Source of the DNA: a virus
Strand: one strand, 5' to 3'
DNA length: 64,000 nucleotides
IMG/VR virus record: IMGVR_UViG_3300021256_000006
Location: 1-64,000 of that record
Shown here: positions 18,721 to 27,967 of the stretch, in pieces
How the letters are laid out: each line of letters starts with the position of its first letter
How positions within the stretch are numbered: the stretch's first letter is position 1
Made by a program: the position numbers and the translations under genes
Notes under the pieces: generated by a model
Database searches by the model: none
What the model was told of the DNA's origin: nothing
The model's input: the letters and a program-made list of their open reading frames with translations, nothing else

Positions 18721-18990
18721 ATGCTTTATTTACACTACCGGAGACTTTCTCGACTTACGGAGCAGAAGAACGCAAAGGGAGAGCCCATGCCTTATCGGAT
18801 TCTTTATGCTGCCAAGAACGGCGACATCATCACTCCGTCTAACGGGGAAATGATTACAACATCCGTAAATATCCGTAACGGAACACGGACCGTCCAATTC
18901 TTGCAGTCTGGGCAAACACGAACGCTGCGAGATTGCCTCTTCCTGTCAGTACACCTGAACGGAAAGGAATACAAAATCGTCGCGAACTAA
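18721..18990 (+). CDS. hypothetical protein
   Basis: 89-aa ORF. An internal ATG (MPYRILYAAKNGD) is also possible. Confidence 0.4.
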   Translation: MLYLHYRRLSRLTEQKNAKGEPMPYRILYAAKNGDIITPSNGEMITTSVNIRNGTRTVQFLQSGQTRTLRDCLFLSVHLNGKEYKIVAN

Positions 18991-19147
18991 AGGCCGAATG
19001 GCAATTGTCAAATGTCAAATGTCTAAGGTCTAATGTCTAAGGTCAAAGGTCTAAGGTCAAAAGTCACAGGCCGAATGGCTAATTGTCAATTGTCAACTAT
19101 CAACTGTCAACTATCAATTCCTCATTCCTAATTCCTCATTCCTAATT
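18991..19147. repeat. composite heptamer array (full copy)
   Basis: Order is GGCCGAATGGC, then TGTCAAA/GGTCTAA units, then GGCCGAATGGC, then TGTCAAC/TATCAAC units, then ATTCCTN units. It ends 13 nt before the ATG at 19161. Confidence 0.85.
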
Positions 19148-19160
19148 ATAAACTATCATC

Positions 19161-21008
19161 ATGCCTAAAAATGACTTCAAACATAAAATTGATGCACTCC
19201 AAGAATCAATAGCACGAAATGAAAAGGATGGCTTCGTGCCACTCATGACGGATAGAAGCATACTCGGCGCATTTTCTGCAATGGTATCTTCTGTCAGCAC
19301 GGGTTATGATGCCAAATCCTTATCTGGCACTAACCGCGATGATGAACTGAATGCGGGCAAATTTGCCATCACAGCGGGAAAACTATTTGGCGAACCAAAG
19401 GTGACGGTCGTCACAAAAGATGAACCTGACCTGCCGGGAAATGGAGCCGTAGGGTGGGGAACCAGAAATGACCTTCCTGCATACATATATAAAACGGCAA
19501 AGACGCTCCCATATACGGCACAAGGATTGGAGTACCAGGCGAACGCATCTGTGGGCATAAAGGCGATGTTTGTGTATCAGTACGCCACAATATCTAACGG
19601 AGTGATTACTAAGCACGAATGTGATTTCCATTTGGCCGGCCAACTGCTCATTTCTGAAATACGGGAAATCAGAAGGAGAATAAAGGAGGAGGAGGAAGAG
19701 AAGAGCGCACAGGAACAGAACGTGACACAGCAGCCATCTAAAGGAAATGTTATAGTGGTTGACGGACAACAGGAACAAAAAAGTTCTGAACCTTTGTCGT
19801 ATCGAACAAAGCCGGAACCGTATGTGCCGGAAGTTCCTCTTGCAGAAGTGGAGGATAGCGAGCTGGACTCATTGCAACGGGAATTGGATAACAAAGTGGC
19901 AGAGTACCGCAAATGGTATCAGGCGGACATCGAACTGAGAAACTTTGAGAAGAATAACGACTTGTCTAAATTGTTTAACGATTTAGCACAAGATGATATA
20001 GCACTCGACCTGAATTTTCCGCTCATTGGACTTGAACAAGGTACTAAAGAACAATGGGCTGCTAAAGACTGGTTCCCGAAAATTGTCAAGGTAGGATTTT
20101 CACCTGCAGTCATATCGCGCTTTGAATTGAAGGGCGAGGATAATAGAAGCCACTATGTCTATGCGAATGAGAAATGGAGATACCATCTTTCTGTAAGAAG
20201 AAACATCGTGGCCAACACGATTCCTTATCCGCTTATTCGGTGGATGAATTTCCACGACGACCTCGATAATTATATCGAAGAACAAAAAAAGAAGAAGAAT
20301 GGAAATGGCTGGTACTGTTGGTATGCGGTGCCTAATAAGCACCTCTCTAACGAAATGGAATATTACACCTTCCCCGCATGGTGGTCTATTTATCCGTCTT
20401 TGGCTTTTCTGTATGCGACAACGCTGATGCTGGATAAGTCTATCGCCAGACAGAATGATATTGCTTGGAGACGCATCATCTATGTAGATAGAGGCTATCT
20501 TGAAGATCTTTACGCACAAGACGAAGACGGACAAGACAAAAAACGACAAGAGGAAATCCGTAAAGAGCTGGAGATGAAGGTGAATAATTTTCTCTCTAAC
20601 AAAGCAAATAACGGAAAAACGCTCATGGTGGATTCCACTATATCGGAGGACGGTAAGACGCTCGTCAATTCTATACGTGTCGAAACCATACCAGAGACCT
20701 CGCAAAAGACTACAGAGGATGAAATACACGCCATATCTTCTGTTCTGTTTTATGCACAAGGACTGGACCCAAGACTGGTGGGCGCCGTGCCCGGAAAGCA
20801 AAATAGCAGCTCTGGAACTCAAGCAAGAGAGCTTGAACTGCTGAACATTAAAAAACTGACAACACGACGTGAACGCATCAAGCGATTCATGCTCAATATC
20901 GCATACCATAACGGATGGTGCCCTGAGCATGTGGGTGTGACAATCCAAGATTTGTCGCTCTCAACGCTGGATCGCTCTAACACCGGAATGGTCGAAACGA
21001 ATAACTAA
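19161..21008 (+). CDS. putative portal protein
   Basis: 615-aa ORF in the head module. The call rests on size and position only. Confidence 0.4.
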   Translation: MPKNDFKHKIDALQESIARNEKDGFVPLMTDRSILGAFSAMVSSVSTGYDAKSLSGTNRDDELNAGKFAITAGKLFGEPKVTVVTKDEPDLPGNGAVGWGTRNDLPAYIYKTAKTLPYTAQGLEYQANASVGIKAMFVYQYATISNGVITKHECDFHLAGQLLISEIREIRRRIKEEEEEKSAQEQNVTQQPSKGNVIVVDGQQEQKSSEPLSYRTKPEPYVPEVPLAEVEDSELDSLQRELDNKVAEYRKWYQADIELRNFEKNNDLSKLFNDLAQDDIALDLNFPLIGLEQGTKEQWAAKDWFPKIVKVGFSPAVISRFELKGEDNRSHYVYANEKWRYHLSVRRNIVANTIPYPLIRWMNFHDDLDNYIEEQKKKKNGNGWYCWYAVPNKHLSNEMEYYTFPAWWSIYPSLAFLYATTLMLDKSIARQNDIAWRRIIYVDRGYLEDLYAQDEDGQDKKRQEEIRKELEMKVNNFLSNKANNGKTLMVDSTISEDGKTLVNSIRVETIPETSQKTTEDEIHAISSVLFYAQGLDPRLVGAVPGKQNSSSGTQARELELLNIKKLTTRRERIKRFMLNIAYHNGWCPEHVGVTIQDLSLSTLDRSNTGMVETNN

Positions 21009-21027
21009 TATTTAATTCTGTACGCTC

Positions 21028-22056
21028 ATGTTATTTAGCAACACCAAGGAAATATCTCACATCATTCCTACATCTAAATTCGCCAAAATAGACAATCTGA
21101 TTTCACGGCTGAATGCAGAGGAGATGAGCAGCCTTTATCCGCTGGTCGGAATGGAACTTCTGGAACAACTTCGTGAAGATTACAAAAACCTTTCTAATAG
21201 AGAGGATGGAATTTGGGCGGAGCTTGACCCCGAAGATAACAAGGTCAAAATTCTAATCTTGCGCACAGCTCAGGAAATCTTGTTGTTTACTTATCTCGCT
21301 AATGATAATGCTATATTGCAAACTTCGTTCAACATGGGCGGAGGATGGAACAAGGCATCGACGGGTGACTACGAGGCCCTTGACGTGAAAGATAATGACA
21401 GACTCGACAAGAACTTGTGGCAGCGCTCGCTGAAGGCAAAGGAAACGCTGCTCTTGTATCTTGAAATGGATGCAAGGAACGACCAGGTATATACTTCACT
21501 ATGGAAGGAGTCTGAATATTACTACAAGCATTCAGACCTCTTGTTTACCACATCTTCTGAACTGCACCCTAATTATATTGACCTGGGCGATAAGCCACAC
21601 CTGACATTTCATTCTTACATCTCCACGCTGCATGACTGCCAGGACGGATATATTGCTGGAACAATAGGATATACGCTTCTGCAAGCGCTCATAGACCGAA
21701 AGTATTCAGTCAATACACCACAAAACGAACTGGAAAATGATTCTGAAGATGAAGAAGTGAAAGTGCATTGGCGAACACTTGACAGACACATCAGAACTGC
21801 GCTTGCTAATTTCGTGGTCTTCGAGAAAGGCGGAGCAAAACAGGAACATATCAGAAACCGAGGACAGTCGCAACTTTCCATCGCTACACGTTATATTCAC
21901 GAACATTATAGCACCTTCTCGTCATACATACCGGAAGGAACGCCTATATATGTGCCACCAAAGGAAAATCCGGAGGAACACAAACCGTCGGACAAATCAC
22001 ACCAACACCATTGCAAACCGCCGCATAAAGGAACTGTTTTTTCACTCCTACACTAA
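21028..22056 (+). CDS. hypothetical structural-module protein
   Basis: 342-aa ORF. Confidence 0.6.
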   Translation: MLFSNTKEISHIIPTSKFAKIDNLISRLNAEEMSSLYPLVGMELLEQLREDYKNLSNREDGIWAELDPEDNKVKILILRTAQEILLFTYLANDNAILQTSFNMGGGWNKASTGDYEALDVKDNDRLDKNLWQRSLKAKETLLLYLEMDARNDQVYTSLWKESEYYYKHSDLLFTTSSELHPNYIDLGDKPHLTFHSYISTLHDCQDGYIAGTIGYTLLQALIDRKYSVNTPQNELENDSEDEEVKVHWRTLDRHIRTALANFVVFEKGGAKQEHIRNRGQSQLSIATRYIHEHYSTFSSYIPEGTPIYVPPKENPEEHKPSDKSHQHHCKPPHKGTVFSLLH

Positions 22057-22095
22057 AACCACGGTTAGTTAGGGTGGCTCATCATGAGCCAAACG

Positions 22096-22140
22096 AAGTG
22101 GGAAGAACTTGTGAAAGCTCTTCCCACTTTACTGTTTTTT
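22096..22140. terminator. bidirectional intrinsic terminator
   Basis: AAGTGGGAAGA-12 nt-TCTTCCCACTT followed by a T-run. It lies between convergent genes. Confidence 0.65.
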
Positions 22141-22148
22141 GGGGTGCA

Positions 22149-22466
22149 TCATGCAGGGCAAGCATCTGCAAAACGCTCTTTGACTGGAAAGCACATCTTG
22201 CCATGTAGCCACGGACAAGGATATTCTTTGTAGCCAAAACCAATAAGAGCGTCTCTGTAACTAACTAATCCGTCCGTCGTAAACTCTGCACGCTCGCAAC
22301 CAAAGAAATCACGCAACTTGATGTCGTCAAAAAACTCGGTGGCAACATCCATGCTGCAGCTTTCATACAAATCGGTGAAAGTGATGACACGGGACTCATA
22401 ATAGGGAGCCTCTTCTACCGGCCCTCCTTGTGCATTGTTGTTAACAACCTCTACTTCGTTTTCCAT
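22149..22466 (-). CDS. hypothetical protein
   Basis: ATG at 22466 (MENEVEVVNNN), 21 nt downstream of the minus-strand -7 box at 22487-22494. The track start at 22553 lies inside the promoter. Confidence 0.5.
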   Translation of the reverse strand: MENEVEVVNNNAQGGPVEEAPYYESRVITFTDLYESCSMDVATEFFDDIKLRDFFGCERAEFTTDGLVSYRDALIGFGYKEYPCPWLHGKMCFPVKERFADACPA

Positions 22467-22538
22467 ACTGAAAATTATTTTTTTCACAAAAATATGAAAA
22501 AAACAAGAAAAAAGAATAATAGATAGAAAACAAATTAC

Positions 22539-22546
22539 TACATTTG
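22539..22546 (+). promoter_or_regulatory. Bacteroidota -7 box TAcaTTTG
   Basis: 29 nt upstream of the ATG at 22575. It is divergent from the minus-strand box CAAAAATA at 22487-22494. Confidence 0.5.
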
Positions 22547-22574
22547 CACACAAAGCAATTAAAAAATAAAGAGA

Positions 22575-23165
22575 ATGGCTGCAATTTACCTTTCGTACTC
22601 ATCACATATTGCAAAGGTTCTCAGGCAAGAACTGTCTAAAGACGGTCTGCCCATTGAACTTCCGGCAGGTATGAGACCAGCATCTTACTGGAGAAAGTTT
22701 GAGCCATATCTCACGGCCATAGAACTGAAACGGAAACCATCACTTCGCGCCATGATGATTGATGCCTTGAGAACAGAAGACACAACATCAACAGCTACGC
22801 CTTATGTGCTTGCCTTTTCGGAAGAGGAATACAGGACTTTCCCGGAGTCGGACGAAAAGAAAAACGAACTGGTGGCATTCGCTCTCCCAAAATTCCTCAA
22901 CATCGGCAATAAAACGATATGCACGAACTCCAGAACAATCATGGAGAAGAAGCGAGGGCAGCGATTCCGACAAGCGACCATCTACTATGCGTATGAAATC
23001 CTGCGCAATTATCTGCACACGGCAGAACTGAACGCGCATAAGAATAACGAGAATTTCAACCTCTCAGAGGCTATCAGAAAGTTTGCGGACAAGTATGACA
23101 TGAGCTCATGTGAAGAAGCAACGCTATTGACACAATGCTACAGACGACTCATGCGCCAACTATAA
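22575..23165 (+). CDS. hypothetical protein
   Basis: 196-aa ORF. Confidence 0.6.
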   Translation: MAAIYLSYSSHIAKVLRQELSKDGLPIELPAGMRPASYWRKFEPYLTAIELKRKPSLRAMMIDALRTEDTTSTATPYVLAFSEEEYRTFPESDEKKNELVAFALPKFLNIGNKTICTNSRTIMEKKRGQRFRQATIYYAYEILRNYLHTAELNAHKNNENFNLSEAIRKFADKYDMSSCEEATLLTQCYRRLMRQL

Positions 23166-23170
23166 ACAAC

Positions 23171-23662
23171 ATGCCTATGACGACTATACTTGAACCTTGC
23201 TGCAAAACAACGCAGTTCTCGAAGTTCTTGGAAAAACTGGGGCGCTTCCACAAAGACGACTTTGCGCATTATGGCGATGTGGAATTCAAAGAATGGTTTG
23301 GACTGCTCATGCTGGAGGCTAAAGGCGCAGAGGCGCAAATTAGACTGAATAGATTAGAACTTTCCTCGCTGATGTTTATCTGCCACCTATTAAGTCTTCC
23401 GGCATTTATACCTGGCCGAAAACTACGGCTTCTCAACAAAGCGACCATCACGGCGAAAGAACTGCCAGAACATACACCGAATGTTGCAGAGGGACTAATC
23501 AAAGTCAATAGACTTGTTATCAAAAAAAGCAAAAAGGCCCCAAGGCTGGAATCTATAACGCTGACAACAGACGATAAGGTTTACAGACTCTCAGGCACCT
23601 TCTTTGCTGAAAGCCCAACAACACCTCGCAAAATACATATTGAGGTGAATGACAAAAAATAA
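23171..23662 (+). CDS. hypothetical protein
   Basis: First ATG that does not overlap the upstream gene (MPMTTILEP...). Confidence 0.55.
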   Translation: MPMTTILEPCCKTTQFSKFLEKLGRFHKDDFAHYGDVEFKEWFGLLMLEAKGAEAQIRLNRLELSSLMFICHLLSLPAFIPGRKLRLLNKATITAKELPEHTPNVAEGLIKVNRLVIKKSKKAPRLESITLTTDDKVYRLSGTFFAESPTTPRKIHIEVNDKK

Positions 23663-23685
23663 AATACAAAGGCACAGACATAGAA

Positions 23686-24093
23686 ATGAAACCGAATCTT
23701 AAAACAGCACCAAAAGTTCACTACCTGGATGCAATTAAAATGATAGCGAAAGAGAACCATATCTCAGAAGCATCTGTAAGAACATCAATCGAGGGATTGT
23801 ATAACATGGTGGTTCGGGAACTTGCCAACGGGAAGACTATCGAACTGAAAGGATTTGGAATCTTCTACACGTCACAGCAACATGTCATCGCTAACTGGCT
23901 TACCGAAAAAAGACCAGATCGGAAAAGAACAACTATCAACCCGAAGTTTCGACCAGCGGTGCGATTCAAACAACAAATACAAGCGCTCACGGGCTACCCA
24001 ATATCAAACAACCACAAGCCCAGCGAAATGATAAAAGCTATCAAGAGCAATCCTGTAGCTCATCTCCAGCTCGACAAGTTCAAGAAGGACTAA
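23686..24093 (+). CDS. HU/IHF-family DNA-binding protein
   Basis: ANGKTIELKGFGIFY and INPKFRPAVRFK match the HU fold signature (G..v.L.GFG.F ... P.F.p). Confidence 0.75.
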   Translation: MKPNLKTAPKVHYLDAIKMIAKENHISEASVRTSIEGLYNMVVRELANGKTIELKGFGIFYTSQQHVIANWLTEKRPDRKRTTINPKFRPAVRFKQQIQALTGYPISNNHKPSEMIKAIKSNPVAHLQLDKFKKD

Positions 24094-24277
24094 CGAAAGC
24101 AGCATTACGGACAGCGCTTTACTTCATATATTTTGAAGACACTCAATTAGAAATCTCTTACCACTTATATAAAATCTCTTACCACATAAATCGTTTATAA
24201 AGTGTCCGGCGCCCCGTTGCCATTTCTCCCATGGATGGCTTCGGGGCCATTTTTTTATCTTGCCACAGGCACCTTGC

Positions 24278-24407
24278 TAATACGCTTTTCAGACCACACA
24301 ACACTCATGAGCCCACACCTTCATCGCAAAATCCTGATACGCTTTTTAGACCGAACGCCACTCATGCACCACCCGAACATCCATCCATCTTGATACGCTT
24401 TTTAGAC
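24278..24407 (+). repeat. three direct repeats RATACGCTTTTYAGACC at 56-57-bp spacing
   Basis: Copies at 24278-24294, 24335-24351 and 24391-24407. Confidence 0.8.
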
Positions 24408-24417
24408 CAAATAAGGG

Positions 24418-24432
24418 TCGCACAAATTGTGC
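24418..24432. promoter_or_regulatory. 15-bp palindrome CGCACAAWTTGTGCG (copy 1 of 3)
   Basis: 7-bp arms with a 1-nt centre. The same palindrome occurs at 28994-29008 and 29404-29418. Confidence 0.6.
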
Positions 24433-24652
24433 GCACACATATCGCACACGCACATATTACACGCATATATTCCACACCCACATAACACGCACAGACCCGC
24501 ATCGCACGCACATATTACGCACCCAAATAACAAACGCCCACACATCGCCCCCACATAACAAACACGCGCATATCACACACGATTCCACCAGATATTATAT
24601 CCGTCGCAATCTCCAGCAAATTACAAAGATAAATGATTGTATATAATGAAAT

Positions 24653-25165
24653 GGTCTAACAATTCCAACTTCTTACAACACAAGCCTTCTCGAAACGGTC
24701 TAATAATTCCAACTCCCACAACAAGCATCTTGAATCGGTCTAATAATTCCAACTTCTTACAGCACAAGCATTCTCCAGACGGTCCAACAATTCCAACTTC
24801 TTACAGCGCAAGCCTTCTCGATACGGTCTAACAATTCCAACTCCCACCCTCTGCCTTGGTCCAATAATTCCAACTAAGAAGAAGATTCTTTCTTTTTCTA
24901 TAATATTTATCTATTATTTACACCCTACATAACTAATTGACGCTAAATCAAATAACACACAAAACGGTCTAACAATTCCAACATCTCGGTCTAACAATTC
25001 CAACTTTCTCCCTGCTTTTAGTCCAACAATTCCAACTTGGCCCAACAATTCCAACTTGGCCCAATAATTCCAACTCCCACAACAGGCGCCTTGAACTGGT
25101 CTAATAATTCCAACTCCCACCCTCTGCCTTGGTCCAATAATTCCAACTGGTCCAATAATTCCAAC
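24653..25165 (+). repeat. iteron array (14 x GGYCYAAYAATTCCAAC), candidate oriV
   Basis: Copies start at 24653, 24697, 24737, 24781, 24825, 24858, 24966, 24988, 25020, 25039, 25058, 25098, 25131 and 25149. They form two clusters around an AT-rich spacer at 24875-24965. Confidence 0.85.
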
Positions 25166-25182
25166 ATCCACATCACCAGTCC

Positions 25183-25207
25183 TTGCGTGCAACGGTTTAC
25201 CCGTTGC
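25183..25207 (+). repeat. hairpin motif copy (variant stem GCAACGG/CCGTTGC)
   Basis: TTGCGTGCAACGGTTTACCCGTTGC. Confidence 0.8.
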
Positions 25208-25328
25208 TACCTCAAATACCCCAAACACCTCAAATACTTTAATAATGTAAAAATGTAATAATGTGAAAATGTAACAAAAGATGCTCAACAACATAAAAAA
25301 ACTTTTGGCTGGCACCTCAAAAGAATGC

Positions 25329-25336
25329 TACCTTTG
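25329..25336 (+). promoter_or_regulatory. Bacteroidota -7 box TAccTTTG (rep promoter)
   Basis: About 185 nt upstream of the rep ATG. Confidence 0.5.
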
Positions 25337-25340
25337 CAGC

Positions 25341-25490
25341 GCTACAACTAAAAATATGTTTAACCTCTCTGTTGATTCCTTGTTGAATACATACTTATAT
25401 CATATAGGCGGTGGCCGTTTGGGTCATTCCAGATTCAGCAGAGGTATCCTTAGTTGTAGCAGACTTGGGAACGGCTACCGCCTTTCTTTT
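25341..25490 (+). promoter_or_regulatory. structured rep leader (terminator-like stem plus long-range pairing)
   Basis: 13-bp stem GGCGGTGGCCGTT/AACGGCTACCGCC (25407-25419/25470-25482) followed by TTTCTTTT. 11-nt GCTACAACTAA (25341-25351) is perfectly complementary to 25450-25460. Confidence 0.45.
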
Positions 25491-25522
25491 GGTTTGCTGC
25501 ACGGGATAAAAAACTTTTTGTC

Positions 25523-26923
25523 ATGGAAGAAAAAAAGAATGAGAAAAAGACACCTCTTGCCAAAAAGAGGGAAGTGGACGCATCTACTGCCACAGCGTCA
25601 ATGCCTGTAAGGTACATCAAGCAGCCTTACCCCATATCTGCAATGCAAGCCGATTTGAGCCGCCAGCAGATTAGAATATTGGTGGGCATGATGCAAAGCA
25701 TTCAGGATGGTGTGCAGGAAATGTTCAAGCATCCAAAACGGGATGAAAAAGGACAGCTGCTCTTGTTCCCAGAGCTGGAGGACGATCATGTCAACATCGA
25801 CTTCAAGTTCAGCGACGTGGTGGACCGTGCTGATAGCTATAAAAATGTGGAGAAGGTGGCACAGAAATTCATGCGGACGGTATTCCGCTACGAGGACAAG
25901 GAGGCCGGAGAGGTAACGCTGGCTCACTTCGTTGATAAGGTCTCATATCCGTCCAGAGGAAGCAAGCGTGACCGCATACGTTTCTCGTTCACCCGTGAAC
26001 AGGCAGAGGCTGTATTCAACTTCACCATGTATAGCCGATACCTTCAGAGCGTAGCCTTCAACGCGGGCAATAAGTACACGGCACGTCTATATATGTTGTT
26101 CACTACCTATCGTGGCTATGAGAAGAACGACACGGGGGTGTTCCACTGGTATGTGGGATATAATGAACTTCGGCGAATGTTGGGTTGCGACGAGTGCAAC
26201 GAGAAGGGAATATGGAAGCAAGTAAGCCAACTTCAGTACAAGCATTTCAAGGCGAATGTGCTGAAGACTGCCGAGGCTGAGCTTCGCTCGTTGGCAGAGA
26301 CGGGTAAGTCCGACTGCTGGTTTGAGTATGTAGAACTTCCTGAAGGCTGGAAGAAAGCGCCCGAACGCTTCGACTTTGTGGTGCACCTTACGGATATGGA
26401 CAAGAGCAAACAGATAGAAGAATCGAAGGAACTTGCTCCATTGACAAAGATGCTCACGGAGATGGGGCTGTCGGAGGAGGATGCCAAAGATGTTCTTTCT
26501 TCGGTGCATACCACCGATGGACTTGCCGACAAGATTGCCGAGATTGGCAGGGCAATGAGCAAGAGAACGAGCAAGGTGCGGAACGTGAAGAAGTATGTCT
26601 CGACGTGCTTGAACAAATGGAACCAGGAAGTGCGGGAGCGTGAAGATGCTGAGAGCGGACAGCACACCGACGCCACCACAATGAATAATGTGGGCAATAC
26701 AGAGGCACGGGCGCAATCAACCAAGGATAGCTGGATTAAGATAGTGGGCATGAAGAATTACAACACCTATCTCAAGTCGGTGGAAGTGAAGTGCGTGCCT
26801 GGCGAAAGCGCTCACGAGGAGAAACTCGTAGCCATTGCCCCACATCCGGAAGTGAAGAAATGGATTGAATCCTTTGGTCTCTCCAAACTTGGACTACACA
26901 GCTGCATCTTCAGCAACTCGTAA
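25523..26923 (+). CDS. replication initiator protein (Rep_3/RepB-like)
   Basis: 466-aa ORF immediately downstream of the iterons. The central region (FSFTREQAEAVFNF..YTARLYMLF..YNELRRMLG) resembles plasmid initiator winged-helix proteins. Confidence 0.6.
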   Translation: MEEKKNEKKTPLAKKREVDASTATASMPVRYIKQPYPISAMQADLSRQQIRILVGMMQSIQDGVQEMFKHPKRDEKGQLLLFPELEDDHVNIDFKFSDVVDRADSYKNVEKVAQKFMRTVFRYEDKEAGEVTLAHFVDKVSYPSRGSKRDRIRFSFTREQAEAVFNFTMYSRYLQSVAFNAGNKYTARLYMLFTTYRGYEKNDTGVFHWYVGYNELRRMLGCDECNEKGIWKQVSQLQYKHFKANVLKTAEAELRSLAETGKSDCWFEYVELPEGWKKAPERFDFVVHLTDMDKSKQIEESKELAPLTKMLTEMGLSEEDAKDVLSSVHTTDGLADKIAEIGRAMSKRTSKVRNVKKYVSTCLNKWNQEVREREDAESGQHTDATTMNNVGNTEARAQSTKDSWIKIVGMKNYNTYLKSVEVKCVPGESAHEEKLVAIAPHPEVKKWIESFGLSKLGLHSCIFSNS

Positions 26924-27053
26924 TGACCAACCATTCTCCTTGCCCACTTTTTTGTTCCCCAACTGTCCCACACTTTTTTCATAACTATCCCGCAAATTTT
27001 TCATAACTATCCCTAAATTTTCCACAGCTACATAATTATACATCCCACTTGTT

Positions 27054-27698
27054 ATGTACCCACGACTTTACAACAACCCTGGCTGCGCTTTCATGGTCTT
27101 GTTTGCCACTACACCTGTAGGCGGTCTTCTTCTTCTATTGGTTGGCATACCAATCCTTCTTGTGTACCTCTCCTATGATAGTGGACTGCCTATATGGGGA
27201 GTGGTGCTGGTGCTGGTTGCCACCGCTGTTCTTTCGTGTATTCTCACTCGTTTCCTCACGCTGTGGTATCTCCGTCATGTGGACGAGTTCCGGACGAAAC
27301 GGCTTCGCGAAGCATTTGAGCAGATGCCTAAAGACTGGGTGCCGTCCACCGATGATCCAGAAGCCGCCGCTCTTGAATTTCTGCAGTTTCTGCATCAGCA
27401 GAAGCGCAACCTCTTTTATCCTAAAGGCGACAAGCACATGATGGATTCAGAACATACGCCCGACATTTTATACGAGAACTACAAGGATATGCCAGAAGGA
27501 CCGGAGCGTGAAAGGGCAAAGCGCCTCTACATAACAGAAGACACAAAAAAGTTCATCCGTGAAATGTTGGAGCCAAAGCACCCCATCACGCTCCAGCAAA
27601 AGGAGCGGTACCTTCAGGGCCTCTTCTCTGCCATCTACTACCTCGGCTACCGCCTCGAACTGCACCGCCACAAAACCACACCGTCCCGCCCACAATGA
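27054..27698 (+). CDS. membrane protein
   Basis: Two or three N-terminal hydrophobic helices (GGLLLLLVGIPILLVYL, IWGVVLVLVATAVLSCIL). Confidence 0.6.
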   Translation: MYPRLYNNPGCAFMVLFATTPVGGLLLLLVGIPILLVYLSYDSGLPIWGVVLVLVATAVLSCILTRFLTLWYLRHVDEFRTKRLREAFEQMPKDWVPSTDDPEAAALEFLQFLHQQKRNLFYPKGDKHMMDSEHTPDILYENYKDMPEGPERERAKRLYITEDTKKFIREMLEPKHPITLQQKERYLQGLFSAIYYLGYRLELHRHKTTPSRPQ

Positions 27699-27929
27699 CG
27701 TGTACCCATCATCATTCTATCCACTCCCATGCCTTCCCAGCTCTTCCCACTCTTCTCACTCTTTCTACTTATCTCCCAATCTTCCCGCATCTTTCCCACA
27801 TCTTTCCCACGTCTTTCCCGCCCTCTAATCTGATTAAACCAATGAAGTCCGGCTCATGTGCGCCATTTCTTATATGTAAAAAGAAATAAAAAAGTCCGTG
27901 AAATATTTGTTTGTTCATAAAAAAGTCCG

Positions 27930-27937
27930 TAACTTTG
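27930..27937 (+). promoter_or_regulatory. Bacteroidota -7 box TAacTTTG
   Basis: Context AAAAGTCCGTAACTTTGC, 31 nt upstream of the ATG at 27968. A near-identical box lies at 29506-29513. Confidence 0.5.
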
Positions 27938-27967
27938 CCCACGGAACAACAACAAAACAATCAAATC

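Noticed and set aside
24202-25315. ORFs across the repeat and iteron region (24202-24393, 24231-24485, 24637-24831, 24914-25315, 25037-25258, 25281-25610).
   Set aside because: The peptides are repeat translations (SNNSNF.., PTPTT..) and overlap the iterons and the rep promoter. No start context is present.
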